A DNA stretch of 64,000 nucleotides, from positions 22,806 to 86,805 of the forward strand of contig JBIOXB010000197.1 of NCBI GenBank assembly GCA_044869275.1, given 5' to 3'. Of this stretch, positions 40,314 through 49,271 are shown in pieces; position 1 is the first letter of the stretch; each line of letters opens with the position of its first letter. Origin of the DNA: a bacterium (GTDB lineage: Bacteria > Zhuqueibacterota > Zhuqueibacteria > Zhuqueibacterales > Zhuqueibacteraceae). A program made the translations under genes and the position numbers. The notes beneath the pieces are model-generated. The model worked only from the letters and a program-made list of their open reading frames with translations, was not told where the DNA came from and ran no database searches.

Positions 40314-41336
40314 TCAAACCTTCACCGCCTCCGCCTCTTCAATCAAATCCACATCCGGCTTGACTTCGGCGTTCAAAGCCACCTGCCCGCGCTCGCTGCG
40401 CACGATGCGCGAAAACAGCGAAAGCCGCGAATCGAACAAAAAGCGAAACAGCAGTTTCGTCCACGACTGATGCGCCGCAAGCTGATCATAGATTTCCGGC
40501 ACAGTTTTTTTGACTTTGGGGAGATTGTTCCACGGCACCGAGGGGAAATCGTGGTGTTCGTTGTGAAAGCCCACGTTGAACGCGAGCTTGTTCAATCCGC
40601 CGTAATAACTGTAGGTCTCCTGCTCACCGTCATCGGTGAGATAATGGCGTTGAATCCAGCGCGCCCCCAAAGGATGCAGGCCGACGGAAAAAAACAGCGA
40701 CAGCGCAAGATAAGCCAAGGCTTTGGGGCCGAGATAAATCCACACCAGCGCATCAAAGCTGAACTGCACGACCCAATTGAGAAAAATCCACCCGTCGATG
40801 AAAGCGATTTCTTTCAAGCGATGCGGCCGCAAACCTTGAAACACGGGATAAAACAGCAGCCACAGCGCTTTGCCGAGAAAGGAATTGCCCACCAGCTTCG
40901 CTTCCCAACGATGAGGAAGATCGGCGTCCAATTCATAAACGCCTTGAAAAGCGTGGTGCTTCAAATGATAGCGCTGAAACGAAACCGAGCTGGGAATGAC
41001 CTGCGGCAGATTGGCAAACATGCCGGTGAAAATATTTGAGGCCTTGCGTTTGAATACCAAATTGTGCGCGCATTCGTGAATGATCACGAAGAGAGCGTGA
41101 TCCGCAAAGGCGCCGACCAAATAGGCCACACCGAAAATCAGCCACCATGATTGCTCGCGCAACACGTACGCCAGTGCGACTTGAATCAGCACGATGCCGA
41201 GCGTGTACCAAAACGTCATGGGGTTTTTGCCGATCAGCTCGCGCACTTCGGGATGGCGGCGCAAAATCTCCTTGGTGCGGTCGCGATGCGGCTCGGCCAC
41301 GGCAGAATAGGAAAAGTCATTTCTGACAGCGGACAT
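40314..41336 (-). CDS. Fatty acid desaturase, sphingolipid delta-4 desaturase (DES/DEGS)-like
   Basis: N-terminal EPH..R..EIL..HPEV..L; His boxes HECAH, HLKHH, HNEHH; ETYSYYG.LN...FNVG. Confidence 0.88.
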   Translation of the reverse strand: MSAVRNDFSYSAVAEPHRDRTKEILRRHPEVRELIGKNPMTFWYTLGIVLIQVALAYVLREQSWWLIFGVAYLVGAFADHALFVIIHECAHNLVFKRKASNIFTGMFANLPQVIPSSVSFQRYHLKHHAFQGVYELDADLPHRWEAKLVGNSFLGKALWLLFYPVFQGLRPHRLKEIAFIDGWIFLNWVVQFSFDALVWIYLGPKALAYLALSLFFSVGLHPLGARWIQRHYLTDDGEQETYSYYGGLNKLAFNVGFHNEHHDFPSVPWNNLPKVKKTVPEIYDQLAAHQSWTKLLFRFLFDSRLSLFSRIVRSERGQVALNAEVKPDVDLIEEAEAVKV

Positions 41337-41567
41337 CTCTCTCCTCACGGTTGTGTTGGAATGTCTTATTGATTTGACTGCATAAACACCTTACCCCGTT
41401 CACGAGCCCAATTTGAAACGCTGGCGAGGATTATTCCAAAAATCGAGGCGGGAACTTACCTCAAAGCGGGGAAAAGAAAATGACCGTCCCGTGGGGGCAA
41501 GGTGGGAAACTATACTTCATATAGTAACGAAAACCCTCAAAAGAGTCAAGCCCGCAATTTTCATATT

Positions 41568-41598
41568 ACTGACCGGTCGCTTGAAGCGACCGGTCAGT
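41568..41598. repeat. Perfect 13-bp palindrome (REP-like or terminator)
   Basis: ACTGACCGGTCGC-TTGAA-GCGACCGGTCAGT, just past the GWxTD gene stop. Confidence 0.7.
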
Positions 41599-41602
41599 GT
41601 TA

Positions 41603-42958
41603 CTAGCGTGCACCAATGATGATCTGCCAATCCGGCCTTGTCAACTCGCGCTCATCGCTGGAGAAAATCAATTCGTACCGGCCCTGGCCTTCGATGTCGG
41701 CAAAGATGAATTTCTTGCGGCCTTCGCGGTAGAAATACCAAACTTCATACGGCCGGGCGTCGGTCTCAGCCGGGAATCTTTCCACTTCATTCGGAATGCC
41801 GAATTTGATCACGATGCGGCCGCGGTCGGTCTTCCAGCCTTGCATAAAGCCGGCGCTAAAATTCTTATCGGCATAGGCGATGCGCTGAAAATACTCTTCC
41901 CAAAATTCGTTCACCGGAGTTTCCGGCCGCGGATCCCAGCCATTCCACAATTTTGCCAGATAGCTTTTCTGTGCTGCAGGCTCCAGCTCGGCCAGCATTT
42001 GTTTGTCGTCCTCGTGCAGGAGATACTGCATGTGCTCGAGGTGCGTTTTCAGCTCCTGCTCCGTCATCGCCTCGAGACGTTGCTCGACCTCTGAAGCTGA
42101 TCTCTCCGGCGAGGCGAGCACGAAGAAACTCTTGCTCCTGGCCACCGTGACCGCATTCGCGCGATCCCTGACTTCTATTTTAAGCAGATAGGAAGGCTCC
42201 GTCAAATTGCTGACGTTGATGCCGCCCACCTCGACGCTGCTATGGCCCGGCGAGCGCGCGATTTTGGGCGGCAAGCTGCGCACGACTTCCTGCTTCGCAT
42301 TTAGAATGGCGTAATGCACTTCGTAGCTATCTGCAGCGGCGAGATCGTACACCTCAAAATAAAAATAGAGCAAAGGCAAGCCGCCGCCAAACAAACGGCT
42401 GGCGTAAGGCGTGATATTCAAGCCATTCTTGCCAAAGCGCGCGGAGGAAGTGTCCGTTGAGATGTTGCTGGAGAATTGCAGATCGCTGAGCGCCAAATTC
42501 GTCGCCGCCGGGCGCGAGACCTGAATCGGCAGGTGCGCGGTGCCGGATTTGTTCGTGGGCATTTCGGTGAGAGTAAGCGTGAGCTGATAGCGGCCCGCTT
42601 GCAACGGCAAGTCGAATTGCGTCGGAAAGAAATTGCCCGGTATTTCTGCGGCGGAGCTCACCTGCACGGTTTGCGTCCATTCGTCGTGCACGAGTCGCTG
42701 GCCGGCGGAATCCGTCAGGGTGACGGCGGTTTTCAGCTCACATTGTTGCCGCGATTCCGCCGTGTGGAACGTAAGCTGTTCCAAAGGGATTTGGCAATAA
42801 AATTCCTGGCTGGTTTTGCCGTCCGCGCTGCGAAAAGAAGCCGTATCCAAATAAAAACGCAGCTCGCCTTCGCTTTGAGCCGGCTTTTGATCGGAAGAGG
42901 AGACGAAGAAGGTTATCGCAGCCCAAAATCTGAGGAATAGAGATGTGAACATACCCAT
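41603..42958 (-). CDS. GWxTD domain protein
   Basis: DPRPETPVNEF.EEY..RI.YA...F, GWKTDRGRI.IKFG.P, YEVWFY, FIF.D..G.G.Y.L. Confidence 0.92.
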   Translation of the reverse strand: MGMFTSLFLRFWAAITFFVSSSDQKPAQSEGELRFYLDTASFRSADGKTSQEFYCQIPLEQLTFHTAESRQQCELKTAVTLTDSAGQRLVHDEWTQTVQVSSAAEIPGNFFPTQFDLPLQAGRYQLTLTLTEMPTNKSGTAHLPIQVSRPAATNLALSDLQFSSNISTDTSSARFGKNGLNITPYASRLFGGGLPLLYFYFEVYDLAAADSYEVHYAILNAKQEVVRSLPPKIARSPGHSSVEVGGINVSNLTEPSYLLKIEVRDRANAVTVARSKSFFVLASPERSASEVEQRLEAMTEQELKTHLEHMQYLLHEDDKQMLAELEPAAQKSYLAKLWNGWDPRPETPVNEFWEEYFQRIAYADKNFSAGFMQGWKTDRGRIVIKFGIPNEVERFPAETDARPYEVWYFYREGRKKFIFADIEGQGRYELIFSSDERELTRPDWQIIIGAR

Positions 42959-42968
42959 AAGGTTTGAT

Positions 42969-43603
42969 TCATTGCTTGTTCGCCTGCAGGTTGTCCAGCC
43001 GTTGCAAAAATGTCTCTATAAAGAATACTTCACGAAATTCCGTCTCCGAGAAATCCACGTTTTTCAAGTCGGCCGAATCAAAAAAAAGAACCGATGCGGC
43101 AATTGGCGAAACTGCTTTTCGGCGTCGGCGAATTCGCCGACGCTTTGGCCGTATCTATTCTTCGCATCGTCTCTTCTCAATCTCAGAGCATACTCTTGAA
43201 TGAATATGTTTCTCTCAATGCCTAACATTTTTTCGATGACCTTCTCATAATCCTCTTTTTCTATCCTCTCCAAACTGGCTCTGATGGCATTCAACACGTT
43301 GTAATCAAGCTCAATGGACAGCCGGTTAATCAGAATATCCGCAGACTCATTGTAGTATTTGCCGTCTTTCTTTATGAATGTCCCCATATTGGCCGCCGCC
43401 GCCAATCGCTCTTCGCGGTTCGCTGAAGACAGTTTTCCCACTACGGCGCGAAAATTCTTGTCCTGTTCTTGCTGGACGGATTGCCGATATTGCAGGATGC
43501 CCGTCATCAAGGGAATAAAAACTGCAAGTCCTCCGACAAATTTAATCACATTTAGAATTTCGAAAGAACGTTTGGACTGGCTGCCTTCTGCTTGCGCGCC
43601 ATT
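42969..43603 (-). pseudogene. Frameshifted/deleted pentapeptide-repeat membrane protein
   Basis: TM helix plus F..VV.KLSS.N..ERLAA N-terminus. ADLKN-VDFSE-TEFRE-VFFIE repeats lie in another frame ending at TGA 42969. AT-richer than the flanks. Confidence 0.6.
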
Positions 43604-43653
43604 CATGAGCTGCTCCAAAGGGCATTAAACGGCCTGCCACACAGCTTGCGCTG

Positions 43654-44880
43654 TTATTGTCTTTCTTGAAAAACCTCATGCAACACATAACGCACGGCCT
43701 GCGCCACGGCTTTCGTATCGAGCAAGTTCACCGGCGTCGTCGGCGAGGTGCGGGTAATGACCACGAACGGAAATCCGAAAATGGCGGTGTTGTAGCCACT
43801 GCCGCGATGAAACTGCGCGATCGGCAGGCCGGCAAACTCTTCGCTGTTGACATCGATATTGCGACTCGGGTCGCGATAGTAATTCGCGCTGTAGGAATAA
43901 ATCGCTTCAGCATCGTAGGCGGGCACCAACTGGTTCGTTTGCGCTTTGAAATACTGCGTAAAATTCTGGCGCAGGCGTAAGTGCGAGCGAATGTCGGGCA
44001 ACGCGAAATCGTAGCTGGTCAATTGATCGAGGTTGAGGTCGGGAGTTCTGGCGCGCAAAACGCGAAAATATTTGTAGGGCAAGCCGCTGGTGGGCAACTC
44101 GGCGCCGTTAGGCGATTCGCCGGTGAGCGAAGCCAGCGGGTTGACACCGGCAATCAGCAAGTTGCCGCCCATATCCATATAGTCGCGCAGCGTGTTTTGA
44201 TTCAAACCGAGATTGCCGGTGGCCTGCGTGTACCAAATGATCGTGGAAAAAGAGCCGAGACCGGCCTTGCGCTGGCCCGTGGCATCGGTATCATTTTCCG
44301 CCGGGGCAAAAATCGGCTTGGTGGTGGCGAATAATTGCTGATAGTCCCAGGCCGTATAATCGGGATAACCCGCGGCCTGCAGGAGAGAATCGTAGATCGC
44401 GTCGGCAGTGGTTTCGTTCGCGCCGTTGAGAGGCTCGTCATCCATCAGCAAGAGGCCTTGGTCAAATGTCGGGCCGAGCACATGAAAGCGGCGCAGCGCG
44501 GGTGAGGGATCGATATTGCCGGTATTGTCGACGCCACGCACCTCCACGGTATACCAGCCGTCGCGAAATTTGAAATCGACGAAAAAGGATTCGGTAAAGG
44601 TCCATGAGTTGTCGTACAGCGGCCCCGCGACACGATACTCGTAACCTTTGATGATGCCGTCCGCATCGTTGGCGTGCCATTCCACATGCAACTTGAAGGC
44701 ATTGTTCATCGAGCCCTCCAATGGTGTGGGCGCGAACGCGGTCTCCGGCGGAAGGTTGTCAATTTCCGTCCCGCTGTCAGTCGGCTGGCGATTGCAGGAG
44801 GCCAGCAAGAAGCCGGAGACGATTGCCAAACAGCAACCTGCCTTTCTGATACGAAGGATTCTCAGCATGCGAGCCTTCAT
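43654..44880 (-). CDS. Lipoprotein (Ig-like N-domain plus alpha/beta C-domain), function unknown
   Basis: Lipobox LLASC; N.PPET, W...DADG.I.GYEYR, EVRGVDN.GN.DPSPA; IIWY, YMD.GGNLLI.G. Confidence 0.75.
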   Translation of the reverse strand: MKARMLRILRIRKAGCCLAIVSGFLLASCNRQPTDSGTEIDNLPPETAFAPTPLEGSMNNAFKLHVEWHANDADGIIKGYEYRVAGPLYDNSWTFTESFFVDFKFRDGWYTVEVRGVDNTGNIDPSPALRRFHVLGPTFDQGLLLMDDEPLNGANETTADAIYDSLLQAAGYPDYTAWDYQQLFATTKPIFAPAENDTDATGQRKAGLGSFSTIIWYTQATGNLGLNQNTLRDYMDMGGNLLIAGVNPLASLTGESPNGAELPTSGLPYKYFRVLRARTPDLNLDQLTSYDFALPDIRSHLRLRQNFTQYFKAQTNQLVPAYDAEAIYSYSANYYRDPSRNIDVNSEEFAGLPIAQFHRGSGYNTAIFGFPFVVITRTSPTTPVNLLDTKAVAQAVRYVLHEVFQERQ

Positions 44881-46001
44881 GGTCTGTATTCGAAGCTTAA
44901 GATGATCGAATTGTCGATCCGTAATGGCCCCGCGTCGCTGTCGAACGGCGTCGCAGTATTGTTGCCCAAAGCCACGACCAATCCTTGCGAAAAATAACGC
45001 GTGGTGGGATTGAGTACGATGTCGTGATCATCCGTGGCTTTCGCAATCCGCACAAACTCCACCGTCCATCTCCCATTCTCATAGCGCCCGAAGGCGCGAA
45101 TATCGGCGGCGCCGCCGGCCGGCCGTTCCAGCACCGCACCGGGAACAGTGACCGCGGCATTCGGGCTGGCGTATGGCGAGCTGGCCAAATTCACCGCGGA
45201 GGAATCGAGCAAGAAGTAGCGATTTTCGTCCGGGCTGGAATAAATCGGAGGCAAGGGCGGGGGGATTACGGCCGGGTCGTCTTTCCAAGCCATTCGCGGC
45301 CGGTCGTCGCTGGAATCGCGTGGCGTGTTGTTATTGTCGTAATTCGCATCCCAGGTATCCTGGCGCGTTGCGGTGTCGTTGAAAAAGTTCAGCCCGTCAA
45401 CGGAAACGTACAAGGGCTGAATGCCCTCACTGGTCTCGACGTTTTCTTGCACCAAATCTTGAAAATAACCCATGGGATTGGTCGTGGCCGCATCCCAAAG
45501 CCACAAATCCGTGTTGCTCGCCGCGCTCAGCCAAGCGATCAGCAGCCAATCCGAGCGTTGCGCGCTTTGCGACCATCTCGCGCTGGCGGGATCATAAGTC
45601 CATGGCCGCGAAGCGATGCTCTGATCCGCATCTGCCCAGGTCGCGACAAATCCGATGTATGACGCGAAGGTCGTGTCGATGCGCGTCGGGCTGACGTGCG
45701 TGGTATCGGCGATCACTTTCCACCACACGGCTTGCCATTCCGTCAACAAACCCGCGGCCGGCACATTCACTCCACCGTTTTCATTGTTGATAAAGACGCG
45801 ATACACCGGGGCGCTCCTCCAGGCGGCATCGTCGCGCCGGCCGTCCAAAACCGGAATGTCCTGTTGATTTTGAATGAATGGCGCGTATAATTCCTGCGGC
45901 GGTGCGATGGTCGAAGGCAATTCGCCGCTGCTGCAGCCGAGCATAGCGAGCAAGATGACGATAATGATGAAGAAAAAAAAGTGGAGGTATATTCTCTGCA
46001 T
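44877..46001 (-). CDS. Lipoprotein with ethylbenzene-dehydrogenase-like (DOMON-type) domain
   Basis: Lipobox LGC; P.LDG..DD.AW, W.D, DLW.W....TNPMG, DI.A.G.Y.NG.WTVEF.R. Confidence 0.65.
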   Translation of the reverse strand: MQRIYLHFFFFIIIVILLAMLGCSSGELPSTIAPPQELYAPFIQNQQDIPVLDGRRDDAAWRSAPVYRVFINNENGGVNVPAAGLLTEWQAVWWKVIADTTHVSPTRIDTTFASYIGFVATWADADQSIASRPWTYDPASARWSQSAQRSDWLLIAWLSAASNTDLWLWDAATTNPMGYFQDLVQENVETSEGIQPLYVSVDGLNFFNDTATRQDTWDANYDNNNTPRDSSDDRPRMAWKDDPAVIPPPLPPIYSSPDENRYFLLDSSAVNLASSPYASPNAAVTVPGAVLERPAGGAADIRAFGRYENGRWTVEFVRIAKATDDHDIVLNPTTRYFSQGLVVALGNNTATPFDSDAGPLRIDNSIILSFEYRP

Positions 46002-46030
46002 GAAAAGAACTCCCGTGTCATCGTTCATCA

Positions 46031-46102
46031 TGTCATTCTGGAAGAATCTTTTTTAGGACAGGCACTTTGCTTGGTGCTCAAAAAGATACTTTCAGAATGA
46101 CA
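46031..46102. repeat. GTCATT...AATGAC REP-like palindrome
   Basis: TGTCATTCTGGAAGAATCTT ... AAGATACTTTCAGAATGACA; first 20 nt match 61663-61682 at 18 of 20 positions. Confidence 0.75.
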
Positions 46103-46125
46103 ACATGGAGAAAGGGAAGCGTCCA

Positions 46126-47106
46126 CTAAAACTTAAACATCAAACTGAACCGCTGTGCATTATCTAAAAATCCGAGATCGGAATAGGCGTAGTCCAGTTG
46201 GGCTTTGATGTTCGATACGCGAAAATTGGCGCCGGCGCCAAAGGAAAAACCCTCGAAAGGCTCGTCGACCTGGTCGAGCGGTTCCAGTTCCAGATTGCTG
46301 CGATAGCCGGTGCGCAACGCGAAGGCGTTGCGGAAAGTGTATTCCACGCCGAGCGCCACTTGCTCGACGTTGTCGTTGGGATGGCAGCCTTCCAGCGAGG
46401 CGGTCAAAGCATTGTGCTCGTTGCGCAGCACGTCCACGATCGTGCCCAGCCGAAAATTAATGGGTAGCGCAAATTGGTCGCGATAATATTTCACGTCCGC
46501 GCCGAAGTTGGTCAGGTTCATTGCCAGTTTAATGCCGCGCACGCCCACATCGAACAGCGTGCCCAAATCCAGCGCGAAATTATCGACGCGATCCTCTCCT
46601 AAAAACTCTGCAAGGTATTTGATACTGCCGCCCACGGCGAAACGATGCGAGAGCTTGCGCGCGTACGACAGCCCCACCACCCAATCGCTCGCGGAAAAAT
46701 AACCGCCGGTCCAGCCTTGGTAGGGAACGGTCTCCTTCTGCTCTCCCGTGGAGAGCGTGCCCAGGAAGACGCTAAACACACCGAGGTTTTCCACCGGCAA
46801 AACCGCCGCGCCAAATTCATAATTGATTCCCGCCGGCCATTCGATATGCGTGAGCAGCAGCGACTTGGTGGGAGCGACCGTCAATCCCGCCGGATTGTAA
46901 TGCACGGCGCTGGCATCATCCGCCATGGCCACGAACGCCTCCGCCATGCCCACGGCGCGCGCGCTCACGCCGATTTTCAGAAACTGCATGCCGGTGGTGC
47001 CCACCTTGCCGCGCCCGGCCACGTCTTGCGTATCCGGGTTTTGCGCGAGCAGAGACAGCGGCAGCAAACTGAAGGCTCCCAACGCAAGAATGCTTCTATT
47101 CTTCAT
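46126..47106 (-). CDS. PorV/PorQ family (UPF0164) outer-membrane barrel
   Basis: QFLKIGVSARAVGMAEAFVA.ADDASA.HYNPAGL, GVEY, LRTGY, DYAY; terminal Phe. Confidence 0.9.
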   Translation of the reverse strand: MKNRSILALGAFSLLPLSLLAQNPDTQDVAGRGKVGTTGMQFLKIGVSARAVGMAEAFVAMADDASAVHYNPAGLTVAPTKSLLLTHIEWPAGINYEFGAAVLPVENLGVFSVFLGTLSTGEQKETVPYQGWTGGYFSASDWVVGLSYARKLSHRFAVGGSIKYLAEFLGEDRVDNFALDLGTLFDVGVRGIKLAMNLTNFGADVKYYRDQFALPINFRLGTIVDVLRNEHNALTASLEGCHPNDNVEQVALGVEYTFRNAFALRTGYRSNLELEPLDQVDEPFEGFSFGAGANFRVSNIKAQLDYAYSDLGFLDNAQRFSLMFKF

Positions 47107-47120
47107 AGCGAGCTCCCAAT

Positions 47121-47167
47121 TTACACGTTACACGTATCACGTTAAACGTGTAACGTGTAACGTGTAA
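47121..47167. repeat. 7-mer (TTACACG) repeat hairpin
   Basis: ttacacg ttacacg tatcacg ... cgtgtaa cgtgtaa cgtgtaa. Confidence 0.85.
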
Positions 47168-47209
47168 AAGAATGTCAACTGTTCTTTGATTGGTGCAGCA
47201 GTGCTCATC

Positions 47210-49165
47210 TTAATACACGATCGTAAACTTGCCAATATGTTTGCCCTGCTCTGATTCCACCGCGAACAAATAAATGCCACTGGCAATGGCTTGAATATTG
47301 CGCGAGATCATGTTCCACGACTCGCTGTGGCGCACCGGGCTGCGTGTGGGATAGTCGTGCTCCAGCGTCGCCACCAAATCCCCGGCGAGCGTGTAGATGC
47401 GAATCGTGCATTTTTCCGGCAAATTGGTGAAGTCGATGCGGCGTTGCGTGTCGCCCTGGCCGCTTTCCCAGCCCTGCTCGAAATAATTCTGGTCGATGCG
47501 ATACGGGTTCGGCACGACCAATACTTCCTGTATCGGCTCCGCTGCCACCGGCCCGGCGGAAGCAGCCGCGAGAGAAAGATTGATCACCGGGCTGCTTTCC
47601 AGCGGCTCGAGCCCGGTGGGTGCATAGCCGCTATCGAAAGCGGTCACGGCATAGTAATAGAATTCACCGTTCGCCAGGCCTTTATCGAGATACGTGTACC
47701 AAACGGTCGTATCGCCATTGGTGATCTCCATTTGCGGATTCAACGCGGCAAAGCCGAAATCATGGCCGAAGCCATCCACGAGATCATATTCCCCGAACAG
47801 CTCCATTTCGTTGAGCACGCCGGTGCGGCTGCGGTAAATGCGATAGCCTTCAAAATCCTGCAGGCGGGAAAAAGAATCATACGCACTCTCGGAAGAATTG
47901 TCCCAGCGAATGGTGATTTGCCGGTCGCTGGGAATGATCTGCATGCTCGGCGAAGGCGGCGGCGGCGGGCCGGCAAAATCGGGAATGCCGTCGGCCGGCG
48001 GATTATCGTAAACATCTTTTGCCCAGCGCGCATTGATGCCCAAATCTTCGAACTCGGATTTGTCGCCCTCGGGCTGGCCGCCAAGATAGGCGAGAGTCAG
48101 CTTCAGCGTGCTGTCCGGCGGCAAGTCGAACGGGCCGAACGAAAGGAAATAGCGGGTATCCATACCGCGCGGGTCAATGCCCGGCGGGGGATTGGAATTG
48201 ACTTGATCCGGATCGATTTCCCCATTGGACATAATGCGATATTTCTTCACGTCGGTGTCGGGATGCCCGGAATAATCGAAAGGATTGTTGGGATTAGTCG
48301 GGCCCCAGTCCGTGGGCGGATCCCACCAGTTATATGAAACGGTCTTGGGATCCGGAAACAATACCCGCACCCCCGTGACCCCGGGCGTTGCGCCGTTGTC
48401 GCCGTCATTGTCTTTGATCCACGCGACATTGACGGTATCGCCATCGGCGTTGACCCTCATAAATCCCGTGATGTCGTCAGCGTAATAGGCGGGAATGCCG
48501 GTGTGGCCGCAATCGCCGTCGATGTACACTCCCATGAAAAGTCTCTTGAAAGTTTTGGGCGGCCCGACGAGAGAAGAGACGTTTTGAATGAGATAATCGA
48601 AGATGACGAAATCTTCGGCGTAGGAATAACTCCAGGCGTAACTGTTTTGCGTCACCTTCACGCCCATGGGCTTGTGCCCTTCCCAGGCAAAGGCGCGATT
48701 CGTGTCCGTATAAACTGCGACAAAATCCTGCTCGGAAACGGCCTCCGGGCTGTAATGCTCCGCACCTGGCCGGATGGTGCGCTCGAGAATCGAATCGGCA
48801 GGCGTTTCGCCGGGAAACATCTCGCTCCAATTCTGCCAGCCATCAAAGCCGAAAGAAACCAGGGTGTCGTTTTCGACAATGGCTCCGATCCAAATCGAGC
48901 CGGTGAAGAGGTATTCGATATTGGAATTCGCCGGAAACTCACAACTCGGGCGGCGGCCGTCGTTGCCGAATTTTCCAAAATTGGTCACCGACAGCCAGAT
49001 ATTGCCCACGCGATGGGATTTAATGTCGGTCCAAGGCGCGTCCATCTTTTTCGCCAAGCCGGCTCGCCTCTTATTTTTGAGCGCAACATGCATCGCTTTG
49101 TCGCCGGCGAAACTCGTCGCGGCAAATCCCAGCAAAAAGGCGAGGAAAATCGAATAGCGGTTCAT
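47210..49165 (-). CDS. Secreted protein with FN3-like domain and T9SS/FlgD-like C-terminal sorting domain
   Basis: Signal peptide; PPPPPSP linker, DFEGYRIYRS, YYYAVTAFD; tail VVPNPY...FTNLP..CTIRIYTLAGDLV...ASGIYL...GKF.I. Confidence 0.85.
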   Translation of the reverse strand: MNRYSIFLAFLLGFAATSFAGDKAMHVALKNKRRAGLAKKMDAPWTDIKSHRVGNIWLSVTNFGKFGNDGRRPSCEFPANSNIEYLFTGSIWIGAIVENDTLVSFGFDGWQNWSEMFPGETPADSILERTIRPGAEHYSPEAVSEQDFVAVYTDTNRAFAWEGHKPMGVKVTQNSYAWSYSYAEDFVIFDYLIQNVSSLVGPPKTFKRLFMGVYIDGDCGHTGIPAYYADDITGFMRVNADGDTVNVAWIKDNDGDNGATPGVTGVRVLFPDPKTVSYNWWDPPTDWGPTNPNNPFDYSGHPDTDVKKYRIMSNGEIDPDQVNSNPPPGIDPRGMDTRYFLSFGPFDLPPDSTLKLTLAYLGGQPEGDKSEFEDLGINARWAKDVYDNPPADGIPDFAGPPPPPSPSMQIIPSDRQITIRWDNSSESAYDSFSRLQDFEGYRIYRSRTGVLNEMELFGEYDLVDGFGHDFGFAALNPQMEITNGDTTVWYTYLDKGLANGEFYYYAVTAFDSGYAPTGLEPLESSPVINLSLAAASAGPVAAEPIQEVLVVPNPYRIDQNYFEQGWESGQGDTQRRIDFTNLPEKCTIRIYTLAGDLVATLEHDYPTRSPVRHSESWNMISRNIQAIASGIYLFAVESEQGKHIGKFTIVY

Positions 49166-49185
49166 GGGAATAACCGGGGTGTTTA

Positions 49186-49268
49186 GTAATCAGCATCCAG
49201 CTTCCAGTCTACAGTATCCAGTGATCAGTGATTAGTCAAGAACTGAACACTGATCACTGGATACTGGC
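49186..49268. repeat. 7-mer repeat hairpin
   Basis: cagcatc cagcttc cagtcta cagtatc cagtgat cagtgat ... ctgaaca ctgatca ctggata ctgg. Confidence 0.8.
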
Positions 49269-49271
49269 TCA

